From Squalus acanthias (Eukaryota), in contig CM059449.1 of the NCBI GenBank assembly GCA_030390025.1, positions 17,050,001 through 17,114,000 on the forward strand: 64,000 nucleotides of DNA, read 5' to 3'. Positions 25,010 to 36,351 of this stretch are shown in pieces. The stretch's first letter is position 1; each line of letters begins with the position of its first letter. Below the pieces are notes generated by a model, which was given only the letters and a program-made list of their open reading frames with translations, did not search any database and was not told the DNA's origin. The translations under genes were made by a program, and so were the position numbers.

Positions 25010-25715
25010 GAGAATCATTGAAAGTTAACATGCAGGTACAGCAAGCAATTAGGAAAGCAAATGGTATGTTGGCCATTATTACAAGAGGATTTGAGTGGAA
25101 GAGTAAAGACGTCTTACTGCAATTATATAGGGCGCTGGTGAGACCACACCTGTAGTATTGTGGACATTATTTGTCTCCTTACCAAAGGAAGGATATACTT
25201 GTCGTACAGGGAGTGCAACCAAGGTTCACCATGCTGGTTCCTGGTATGGGGGAATTGTCCAATGAAGAGAGATTTAGTAGACTAGGCCTATATTCTCTAG
25301 AGTTTAGAAGAATGAGAGGTGATCTCATTGAAACATACAAAATTCTTACAGGGCTTGACAGGGTAGATGCAGGGAGGATGTTTCCCCTGGCTGGGGAGTC
25401 TAGAACCAGGGGTCACAGTCTCAGAACAAGGGGTCGGCCATTTAGGACTGAGATGAGGAGAAATTTCTTCACTCTGAGGGTGAGGAATCTTTGGAATTCT
25501 CTACCCCAGAGGGCTGTAGAGGCTCAGTCGTTGATTATATTCAACACAGAGATCGATAGATTTTTGAATATTAAGGGGTCAAGGGATATGGGGATAGTGC
25601 AGGAACGTGGAGATTTGGTAGAAGATCAGCCATGATCTGATTGAATGGCGGAGCAGGATCGAAGGGCCAAATGGCCGACTCCTGCTCCTATTTCTTATCT
25701 TCTTATGTTATTATG
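25010..25715 (+). mobile_element. CR1 LINE 3' end
   Basis: ORF 25171..25635 plus 3' UTR and a cttatgtt tail. Confidence 0.9.
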
Positions 25716-26785
25716 TCTCCTTCCGTATGAAAAAATAAGATACTTTCCCTGTTCGCTATATTAACGGTCGGATTTGCTGTGTAACCAGACCACATGCTTG
25801 TGGCTATAAACATTATGCACAGTGAATGTTTTCATACTGACATAAAATTTAGTGCGATTATTTTGCTCTTCGTCCCGAGCCATACTTTCGATTTCCTGCA
25901 AAGTTGCTTCCTAGAACCGTCCTTTAAACATGTAACAACAGTCAAATGTTCAGATCCGAATGTTCTCTTTGTTGTCAGATATTATTGAGATGGTTGGCTC
26001 CGTAGATGTTAACGGTGTGCTATATAAACTTACAGTTACTGAAATTCAGACATAGAATGTATTTATTGTTTCTGTAGAAAAACCCCCATGTCAGGTAAAA
26101 ACGAAAAGTTCCTCAGAGCGAAAAATGCCACTTTTGAACTCACTATAAAAGCCTATACATTTTTGGAAAAAGGGAAATCCATTATGCAAACCGAGCCACT
26201 GTCCCCTATTGTGAGACAAATCCAACCTAACAACAACTACTTGCATTGATAAAGCGCCTTTTATATAGTAAAACGTCCCACAGGCTTCACAGGAGCGATT
26301 ATCCATCAAAATTTGACACAGAGCCACATATTAAGACAGAGGTAGGCTTTAAGGAGCGTCTTAAAGGAGAAATAGCGAGGTAGACAGGCTTAGGGAGGGA
26401 ATTACAGAACTGAGGACCCAGCCAGCTGAAAGCCTTCTCATCCAATCGCTTAATCCACTATCTCTCTGGAAGCGCATTTAACAGTGGTCTTGCAGTACGG
26501 CAGCCTCAGCTAAGCAAAACAGTTCGCGGTACCCTTGGATGTGACAGCAGCAGTGGAGCTTGGGGACCAAGCTGTCAGTCAGAATACAATTGTACTGAGG
26601 CAACCAGGTGTGAGACCACCTCTAGCAAAGGGACGAGCATGGCCAATCCGCTTCATAATCTCGCAAACATGTGCGCCATTCTCGTGAAATCTCCTCTCCT
26701 CCTAAGAAAAACATGGCCAAACTCTATAACTTTCCTTGATAACATATTATTAAGTTTGTTCCTGAACTGTTTCCCTTTTCCTGAA

Positions 26786-26900
26786 GACGTTTCTTATTTG
26801 CATACCGCTCCATGAGTGATGGCCGTCCTCCAGCAACGCGGCCAAGTGGCCATTGTACATATGTGAACATCGACCGTGAATTTAACAATCCGGTCCTGTA
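26786..26900 (+). pseudogene. Possible terminal cytoplasmic exon (RFLFAYRSMSDGRPPATRPSGHCTYVNIDREFNNPVL*)
   Basis: Strong acceptor tgtttcccttttcctgaag, open frame in phase 2, YVNI motif; intervening exons are not resolved. Confidence 0.35.
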
Positions 26901-27484
26901 ATCAGCAGAGTCCCACACGCGTGCCATTTCTATTACATGGTCGATGAAGATCCAATGAGTACACGAAATCTAGCTAATGCTCCATCCCTAACGCACTGGC
27001 GTTGAACCACCTCTCCCCAACACTTGCCGAACTCTACTACTCTCCTTTTGCCTTGCACCATCTCTTAATGTCTCTTAAGCTTCCTGCCTTCCATCTAGAG
27101 CCATCTTTTGTTTCTTAGCTTGTCCCATCACCATCTCTTTTGCCTTGCACCATCTCTTAATCTCTCTTAATCTCTTCTGTCTTCCATCCTATTACAGGCC
27201 TTCCCTTTTGTTCATTCCACCCCTCCCCCTTTTCCCTGCACTTATTTAAAAACCTGTTCGATCTCCAGCAGCTTTTTCCAGTTCTGACGATGGGTCATCG
27301 ACCTGCAACGTTAACTCTGTTTCTCTCTCCACAGATGCTGCCTGACCTGCTGAGTATTTCCAGCAGTTTTCTGTTTTTATTTCAACTAAAGTGTTGCTTG
27401 CTTGTTCTGTGCAGCTCCTCTACTCAATGGACACACGCCTTTGAGGCATGGGGGAGCGTTTATCCTTAAAAAAGGAAATCACCG

Positions 27485-29710
27485 AATCATAGAATGACAC
27501 AGCACAGAAGGCCATTCGACCCATTGTACCTGTGCCGGCTCTTTGATAGAGCTATCCAATTAGTCCCACTGCCCCGCTCTTACCCCATAGTCCTGTATTT
27601 TCCCCCTTCAAGTGTTTATCCAATTCTGTTTTGAAGGTTACTGCATTTCAGACAGTGCATTCCAGAGCACAACAACTCGCGGTGAATAAAGAGTTTCCTC
27701 ATGTCACCTCTGGTTCTTTTGCCAATCAACTAAACTCTGTGTCCTCTGGTTACCGACCCTTCTGCCACTGGAAACAATGTATCCTTATTTACTCTATCAA
27801 AACCCTTCATGATCTTAAACACCTCGATCAAATCTCCTCTTTAAATTCTCTGCTCTGCGAAGAACACGCCCAGCTTCTCCAGTCTGTCCACATAACTGAA
27901 GTCACTCAATGGTACCATTCTAGTAAATCTCTTCTGCACCCTCTCTCAGGTCTTGACATCCTTCTTAAAGTGGGGTGCCCAGAATTGAACACAACTCTCT
28001 AGCTGAGCCATAACCAGTGTTTTATAAAGGTTCAGCATAACTTCCTTGCTTTTGTAATCTTTGCCTCTATTAATAAAGCCAACGATTCTATAAGACTTGT
28101 TAACACCCTTCTCAACTTGTTCCGCCATCTTCAATGATTTATGTACATACAACCGCAGGTCTTTCTGTTCCTGCACTCCCTTTAAAATGTTATCATTTTG
28201 TTTATATTGCCTCTCCTCATCCTTCCTACCAAAATGTATCCCTTCACGCTTCTCTGCGTTAAATTTCATCTGCCATGTGTCCGCCCATTTCACCAGTCTG
28301 TCTATGTCCTCCTGAAGTTTCCTGCTCATTCTTTACTTCATTTCCGATTTTTTTTTCATCTGCAACCTTTGAAATGATGCCCTGTATACCCAAGTTCAGG
28401 TCATGAATATATATCAAAAGCAGGGTTCCCAATACTGACCGCTGGGGAGCACCACTGTACACTTCACTCCAGTCTGAAAAACCACCGTTCACGACGACTC
28501 TCTGCTTGCTGTATCTTAACCAATTTCATTGCCACTGTCCCTTTAATCCCATGGTCTTTAATTTTGCTAACAAGTCTATTATGTGAGACTTTGTCAAACG
28601 ACTTTTGAAAGTCGATATATAAAACATCAACCACACTACCCTCATCAACCCTTTCCATTACTTCATCAAATAATTCAATCCAGTTAGCAAATCACGATTT
28701 TTCTTCAACAATACCGTGCTGACTTTCATTTATGAGCCCATACTTTTCCAAATGCCAGTAAATTTTGTCACGGATAATTGTCTCTCAAAGTTTCACCACA
28801 ACCGACATTCGGCTGACTGGCCTGTAGTTGCCGGGTGTATTCTTCTACCATTTTTTAAACAAGTGTGTAACATCTGCAATCCTCTAGTCCTCTAGCACTA
28901 CCCCCATTTCTAAGGAGGATTGGAAGATTGTGGCCAAAGCCTGTGTAATTTCCGCCCATACGTTCCTCTGCAACCTAAGATGCATCCCATCCGGACCGGG
29001 TAAGCTTTCTACTTTGAGGACTGCCTACCTCCTCTTAAAATATTTGTATCCTAAATATATCACCACTACCTCCTCCTTTACTGCTACATTGGCAGCATCC
29101 TCTTCTCTAGTGAAGACAGATGCAAAGTATTCAATTAGTACCTCAGCCATGCCTCTGTCGGAGCAAGAATTTCATAGGATTATATCGGCACAGAAACAGG
29201 GCTTTCGGCCCAAGCAGTCCATACCGGTGTTTATACTCCACTCGAGCCTCCTCCCGTCTTTCCTCATCTAAATCTATCAGCATAACCCTCTATTTCCTTC
29301 TCCCTCATGTTTGTCCAGCCTCCCCTTAAATGCATCTATACTATTCGCTTCAACCACTCCCTGTGGTAGCGAGCTCCACATTCTCACCAGTCTTTGGGTA
29401 AAGAAGCTTCTTCTAAATTCCCTATTGGATTTCTTGGTGCCTTTCGTATATTGATGGCGAATATTACATTTTTGTTCCCTAATCTGTCCGATCCTTCCTT
29501 TGACTACCCTTTTACTATTTATATGTTTATAAAAGGCTTTTGGCTTCCCTTTATGTTGCCGCTCAGCTATTCTCATACTCTCTCTTTGCCCCTCTTATTC
29601 CCTTTTATAGATCTCCTCTGTACTTCCTGTGTCCATCCTGCTTCTCGACTGTATTATGAACCTTACGTTTGTCATAAGCCTCCTTTTTCTGTCTCAACTC
29701 TGAACTCGGT
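27485..29710 (-). mobile_element. Fragmented CR1 LINE(s), RT region, with a nested CR1 3' end at ~29170-29445
   Basis: ORFs 27946..28329 and 28464..28658 (IDFQKSFDKVSH, WQMKFNAEK). Confidence 0.85.
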
Positions 29711-31059
29711 CACCTTTGGGGGGAGGGGGGGGCGGTGAAATTGATCATTGGCGAAGCCGCAAAACAGGTGGAATCGCATATACTACTGATAATCAATTCC
29801 ATTGATGTCAATGGCGTTGAATATCGGTCGCAGCGTATAACAGGGGACCCATGCAAAACCGCCTGTTTTCCGTCCCTGCCCATGTCAAATTTCAAGCCCA
29901 CCCTCCATATTTCTTGTTTGCCCCTGTTAACTTTCTCAAAGGCAAGAATATTTGTCCTGTGATTGGGTGACCAGAAAAGATCACGTGCTGCTCCGGATGG
30001 ATTCTGATTTCTGAATTAATAGTTGGCTTTATGCTTTCCTTTGCTTTAATAAAGAGAAAATGTAAACCTTACCTATATTTCTAAGTTATAAGCCTAGAAA
30101 TTGTACGTCGTTATTGAAGTAACAACACTTAAAACCATTCGGTACTAAATCTCTCTAAGAGAGATTTTTAATCCATTTATGCTAAAGGTCCTGTGCCTTC
30201 CTCAAGTAACAGGCAATGAAATTTGATGGAAGTGCTTTAAGCGTTTTAATGATAACATAACATCTGGGGGACATTATATGTAACAAAGGAGCAAACCGAT
30301 TCTGTATAAATAAGATATTAATTTCATTCAGCATAGTGCATAGGAGAAACGGTCCCTTATATTACATTTCAAGCTCTTGTGTAATCATGTCTAATGTTTG
30401 GTCAGAATTTTGCCAGCTGTGTTTTATTCAGGTTTAATAGATTCGTTGATCTTCGAATTTTTCACAAATTTTCCTTCATTTCGTTCTGTGGTGAAGTTTG
30501 TAATATGTTTTATTACTTTAACATAAACAGAATGAAAACATATTTAAACCATATGCAACAGTGAAGAAGAAAACAACATAAAATATGGGACCTGCATTTG
30601 GAAGGGACTGCAATGAGGAATTCGGTATAAACAGCTCCACAAGTGTAAAGTGTAAAGATTGTGCTTTTTCACATGACTCCTGCAAACTATCTAATCCATC
30701 AAATCTGTTTCGGGGTGATTGCAAAGATGTCTCTGGCAATGTTGGTCAAGCATAAAATCTGTAAATAACAGTTTGTTAAAAGTTTCAATGATGATTCAAT
30801 TAATTGATAAAACATAATCTGATTAATCTGCTTGCTAGAAAAATGGTATCTTGATCACAGATTGCACACCGTGTCTTACTATCACAGATAGCATCCCATT
30901 AATCGTAAGATATTATTGATTTAGGCCCTATTTTATCTTTTGAATATGCCAAAGAAATCATTAATAGATCAGAAACAGCACTGATCTCCCACAGAAATAT
31001 AGACCGACTGGTAAAATGGGCAGTCTGATTTTTGGATGCCCCCAGCAGGAAAATCAAGC

Positions 31060-31890
31060 AACGCTGTTCTGGGCAAGTTATTAGAATCAATATTTAAGGA
31101 CAGCGTGACTGAGCACTGGGAGAAATTTGAGGTGATTAGAGAGCGCCAACATGGAATTGTAAAGGGTAGGTCATGTCTAACGAACCGAATTGAATTTTTT
31201 GAGGAAGTGACTAAAGTAGTCGAGAGGGGATTGTCTATGGATGTGGTTTATATGGACCTCCAGAAAGCATTTGATAAGGTTCCGCATAAGAGACTGTTGG
31301 CTAAAGGTAAAGCTCATGGAATTGAAGGCAAATTATTGACCTGGTTACGAGATTGGTTAGACGGTGGAAGACAGACAGTAGGGATAATGGGTTTATACTC
31401 GAATTGCAAGGTATTAACTAATATTGTCCCACAAGGATCTGCGCTGAAGCCTCTTCTATTCACTATATAGATTAATGACTTAGATAGCACAATAGAAAGC
31501 CACATACCCAAGTGCACCAAAGATGCAAAATAGGTGGTGTAGTAAGTAGTGTAGATGGGAGCATAAAATTACAAAGAGTCATTGATAGATTAAGTGAGTG
31601 GGCAAAGCTGTGGCTGTTCGATTTCAACGCAGGTAAGTATGAGGTCATCCATTTTGGTTCAATTCAGGACAGATACAAATATTTTCAAAACGGTGAAAAG
31701 CTAGGAACAGCGGAGGTCCGAAAAGATTTAGGGGTCCATGTACACAGATCACTAAAATGTAGTAACCAGGTACAAAAAAATAATCAAAAAGGCTAATGGA
31801 AAGTTATCCTTTATATCTGGAGCACTAGAAAATGAAGGGGCGGATATTTTGCTGTAGCTATACAAAGCCGCTTCTACCCTCTCACCTGGA
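31060..31890 (+). mobile_element. CR1 RT fragment
   Basis: QHGIVKGRSCLTN...MDLQKAFDKVPHKRL. Confidence 0.85.
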
Positions 31891-32334
31891 GGGAAAATGT
31901 GCCCTAGCTCTATTTGGACAAGAGCAGGGGACGAGGGCATTTTAGGAATCCTGAAAATCGCTATATAAATGCACCACTTTTCATTCTTGAAGTTACATTT
32001 ATAATGCGCACTTTGAGAACTCCAAGCAGTCAGAGACGGCTTCCTATGTGAAGCCTCACACATCAGGACGCTAGGGCCCTGGGAAACTTCAGAGTTATAT
32101 TACTACATATGCGTTGATTTTCACTTTGCATTAACACAAACAACAGTTTAAACAGTTTTTTGTGATGAACAGAGTAACTTCCGGTCTGATTATATGAACT
32201 ATCTACCCAAATGGAAAGATACCAATACAGATTATCCTAGGCGGCATTGGGCTGTTTTGGGTTACATTACCCTTGAAGCGGAGGGGGGGGGGCGGTCCCA
32301 CCCTTGCTAGTTGACCAATGACTAACCAGTGCAC

Positions 32335-32924
32335 ACAAAAGCAAAATACTGCGTATGCTGGAAATCTGAAATAAAAACAAACAATGCTGGGAATACCCAG
32401 CAGGTCAGGCAGCACCTGTGGAGATAGTAACAGAGTTAACGTTTGAGGTCGATGGTACTTCGTCAGAACTGGAAAAAGCTGGAGATGTAACAGGTTTTTA
32501 AGCAAGTGTAGGGGCAGGGAGAGCGGGGAGGGGAGGAAAGAACAAAAGGGACTTTCTGTGATAGGATGGAAGGCAGGAGAGATTAAGAGACAAAAGAGAT
32601 GATGGTGCAATGCCAAAGGAGATGGTAATTGGACAAGTTAAGAAACAAAATATGATTCTAGATGAAGTGTAAATGGCACTGACTGAATGATCGATGTGAG
32701 AGAGAATTTTTTTTTTTTAAAGATAGGGGCAGAGGTTATGGTCTGAAATTGTTGATCTCGATGTTGAGTGCATCGGGTTGTAAAGTACCTGATTGAAAGA
32801 TGAGGTGCTGTTCCTCGGGCTTACGTTGTGCTTCATTTGAACAGTGTAAGAGGCCGAGGACGGAGAGGTCAGAGTGTGAGTGGAGCGGAGAATTAAAGTG
32901 ACAGGCGACTGGAAGCTTGGGGTC
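32335..32924 (-). mobile_element. Penelope-like element 3' part (GIY-YIG C-terminal half + terminal repeat), split by the ERV; the upstream half lies at 40411-40520
   Basis: Minus 40520->40411 reads VYCICCS*CDLLYIGETKRKLGDRFAGHLRSVR; minus 32924->32740 continues DPKLPVACHFNSPLHSHSDLSVLGLLHCSNEAQRKPEEQHLIF. Confidence 0.8.
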
Positions 32925-33445
32925 TGTCGAAGTATCAACTTCCGATTCAAGACTCTTGTAAACAATATCGTCAAAGAAGGCTTTTTATTATATTTTACTT
33001 GCAAGGAGACTGCAACCATAGCCCAATTAGCTATGATGACAGACTGCCGAATCACAGAAAATGGAGTATTCTTATACAGTATAATATCACATGACATGTT
33101 GTTTAAGGTAAGCTAAGTTAACAATTAGAAAAAACACGTTAGAAATGCCTTACAATGAGACTAGCTAATCTCTATAAAATGGAGTCTCTCTATTTTACTT
33201 CTCTCACCAAGGCCAAGGCGCCTGGTTTGTTTACTTTACTAGCCCTTGGTTATCTCAATATTAAGCCTGTTTTCTTTTGTGCAGGCAGACTTTTGCTGGC
33301 AGCATAGTCTAAGACTTTTAAGTTATTTTCAGAAAAGAACATAACAATGGATTTTTTCCCTTTTCCACACAAGTCAGAGTCGGCCATTTTATTAGTTTAA
33401 ATTCAAGGAAACCATTTTGTCCGAGACAGAAACTGCACTTCCACA
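32925..33445 (-). repeat. ERV 3' LTR
   Basis: TGTCGAAG...TTCCACA; adjacent ttccccccttttttg is the polypurine tract on the minus strand. Confidence 0.92.
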
Positions 33446-33794
33446 TTCCCCCCTTTTTTGTCCTCTAGGACAAAATAGCTCAATTTAACTTTTTCGGTCT
33501 TTTTTGTCGGTTCCTGTACCAAATTTGGATTTTGGCCAGGGATGCCAACTTCTTTTCTGTTTTAACCATCCTCGGGATTATACCTGTACTGATGGCTGAC
33601 CTTATTTAAGATCGTCCTTCTTCTCTGCCTAGTCTCGGTGTTTGGGCGTATGTTCTTGCAGGGGTTTTAGTTTTGTTTTGGTGACTGTGGCGTACTTTTG
33701 TGGTTCATTAGTCTGCTGTTCTCTAACTTTTCCTGCAGCTTTTACTAGCCTGCAGTTCAGGTGTCGCTATACACCCTCTAAGGTGATAGGGTAC

Positions 33795-33935
33795 AGCAGC
33801 TTATAGAGGAGTTCTATGTCATGGCCCACACAGTTTATGCCTAACCTGTGGGGTTCTCCTAGGGAACTGCAGCTTATAGAGGAGGACTGATTCATGACCC
33901 ACACAGTTTATGCCTAACCTGTGGGGTTCTCCTAA
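33795..33935. repeat. ~73-bp tandem duplication in the ERV 3' untranslated region
   Basis: gcagcttatagaggag...cccacacagtttatgcctaacctgtggggttctccta occurs twice. Confidence 0.85.
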
Positions 33936-34277
33936 GCACAAGTGCTTCTACGTGAGCCTCCAGAGTGCGGACCAAGTGATATACAAGGTCGATGTCACCG
34001 GCAGTTGAAAGGAGTCCTCTCTCTTTCCCTAGCCTGCAGATCCCATTGATGGCTGGAAGAATGTTTACCGAAAGTGGGGAGCATGCAAAAATGTATATAT
34101 ATCTATATGTATATTTTGTCTAGGTTGTCTAATCATCAAAATTGTATTTTATTCAATCGCCTCAGTTCCTCCCCGAAGGGACCATACTTTTCTTCTTCGT
34201 CATTTATTTCTTTCTGTTTCATTATACTTACTTCAGGTATGACTACCTTGCCTAACCTATCAAATCTTTTAATCATC

Positions 34278-34872
34278 TTAAACACCTCGATCAGGGTTCA
34301 CGTTGGTGTGGAAAACGGTAAAACCCATCTGATTGTCAGTATTCAATCGTTTAGTCCCATTCCATGGTCTGTTATTAGTCAAATTCATCAAACTGGTAGT
34401 ATTGAACCACCAGCTTTCCATGGAACTTCCTGCCTTGTACGTAATAAACTTTTGTATGCAACGACTTTTCCCCATATTAACTCTGTTCCCTTTAGTCTGT
34501 CCTAGATTTTCTAACGAATATCCTCCCCCCTTAAACTCGTTTCTTAGGCTAGACCACTTTTGTTCCCATTCTTTCCCGAAGGTGGATAGGGTGGTATCCT
34601 TCTGTTTCGTATGATTTTCATTAATGATCCATTCTGCCATATCTGTGAGGTTCAAGGGTATCGGTCGCAGAGGTATTCCTCTTTTCACATGGGTAGGAAT
34701 ATGGCTACATACCCAACAGGCGTTTATCCCACTTTTTTTTGGCATACTTATATGACATATACAAAAAGGTGTTCATATGTAAGTCTCGTTTCTTTCGGGG
34801 TTCTTTTCGTCTTCCTTGGCAGGCTATACATATCAGTCCGATTAGTAGGTAAAACGTAAATAACAGCTTCAT
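34278..34872 (-). pseudogene. env: ERV env remnant (signal peptide and SU N-terminus)
   Basis: Frameshifted MKLLF..TFYLLIGLICIACQGRRKEPRKKRDLHMNTFLYMSYKYAKK/SGINACWVCSHIP (CxxC motif); no TM subunit seen. Confidence 0.72.
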
Positions 34873-34897
34873 TGTTTAAGTCTTTTCAAATTCAAAT

Positions 34898-35650
34898 TCA
34901 ACTGTCCTTATCTGATACTTTCTTGCAATGGAATGCGTGGATCCAAGTAGGTCTTTCCTTGACCTTTACAGCTGTATTTGTTGTCAAGAGTACTTGATAT
35001 GGCCCTTCAAAGCGTGGCTGCAGACCGTTCTTCCTCTTATAGACCTTTACGTAGACGTCATCTCCTGGTTCCAAGTTATGGCACTTTCCTTCGGCCGGTT
35101 CCGTTTGAGCTTCCTTTACCTGTTGGTGAAAGCTGGAAATACATCTAGTTAATGCAATGCAATAGTTTAGCATACTTTCATCCATTTTATGAATGTCCAT
35201 TTGTTTAACCGTAAAGGGTGCTGAGAATGGCAGCCTTTGGGGTCGTCCCATAACAATCTCATGTGGCGACAGTCCAGTTGTCCTGTTAGTTGCTGCTCGC
35301 ATTACCATCAATGTTAAGGGTAACAGTTCAACCCATTTTAGTCCAGTTTCATTGCAAAGTTTAGAAAGTTTATTCTTCAGCATTCCGTTTTATCTTTCTA
35401 CTAGTCCCGCGGATTGCAGATGATAACTGCAGTGGAAATGCTGATTAATCTGCAAAGCCTTACATAGTTCCTTTATGATCATTCCAGTAAAATGTGATCC
35501 GTTGTCGCATGAAAGTTGCATAGGTATTCCAAACCTTGGTATGATTTCTTTTAACAAACACTTTGCAACTGTTACAGCATCATTCTTTTTACATGGAAAA
35601 GCTTCAACCCATCTTGAAAACATATCTATGATTACCATTGTGTAAGTCCT
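34898..35650 (-). pseudogene. pol: ERV integrase core and C-terminus
   Basis: IIDMFSRWVEAFPC...IIPRFGIP..LSCDNGSHF...SAGLVER*; [17 protein letters not shown]...WIH. Confidence 0.92.
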
Positions 35651-35657
35651 TCAAAAT

Positions 35658-36351
35658 GTAAATTGTTTTTTCTCTGTCTATTACCCCCCCACCCTGTGTT
35701 GTTTTGCATTTTACGATTCCCTTATCACTTCTATTTGTCTTTTGATGCTTGATATTCGACCTTGCTGGCATTTCTGCTATCTATTCCTGGCTGCATGTTG
35801 TCAGTTTCTGTTCTAAGAATTAAAACCCATCTTTGAATCTAACAGTTATTTCTTACAATTCCCTTCTTTGAGAAGGAAATAAGGGTTATTTCCTTCTCAA
35901 AGAAGGGAATTGTAAGAAATAGCTGTTATATTCAAAGATGGGTTTTAATTCTTAGAACAGAAACTGACAACATGCAGCCAGGAATAGATAGCAGAAATGC
36001 CAGCAAGGTCGAATATCAAGCATCAAAAGACAAATAGAAGTGATAAGGGAATCGTAAAATGCAAATCTTGTATATTAGCTTTTATCTCGGCACAGACACT
36101 AATAACTTCCATGCCGGTAAACCTTTTTTTTTCTCTGTCTATTACCCCCCCACCCTGTGTTGTTTTGCATTTTACGATTCCCTTATCATTTCTATTTGTC
36201 TTTTGATGCTTGATATTCGACCTTGCTGGCATTTCTGCTATCTATTCCTGGCTGCATGTTGTCAGTTTCTGTTCTAAGAATTAAAACCCATCTTTGAATA
36301 TAACAGCTATTTCTTACAATTCCCTTCTTTGAGAAGGAAATAACCCTTATT
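35658..36351. repeat. Inverted triplication (A - inverted A - 60-bp templated insert - A)
   Basis: 180-bp palindrome arms 35703-35882 / 35886-36065; 36062-36121 equals 39615-39674; A is repeated at 36125-36343. Confidence 0.9.

Noticed and set aside
25860-26100. Further mini-exon candidates (for example 26078-26094)
   Set aside because: Sizes and phases do not fit the 22/35 pattern and could not be chained consistently.
32717-33116. Duplicated 126-aa and 78-aa ORFs (also at 39682-40081)
   Set aside because: Chance frames across the LTR/Penelope junction, duplicated by the flank-copy event.
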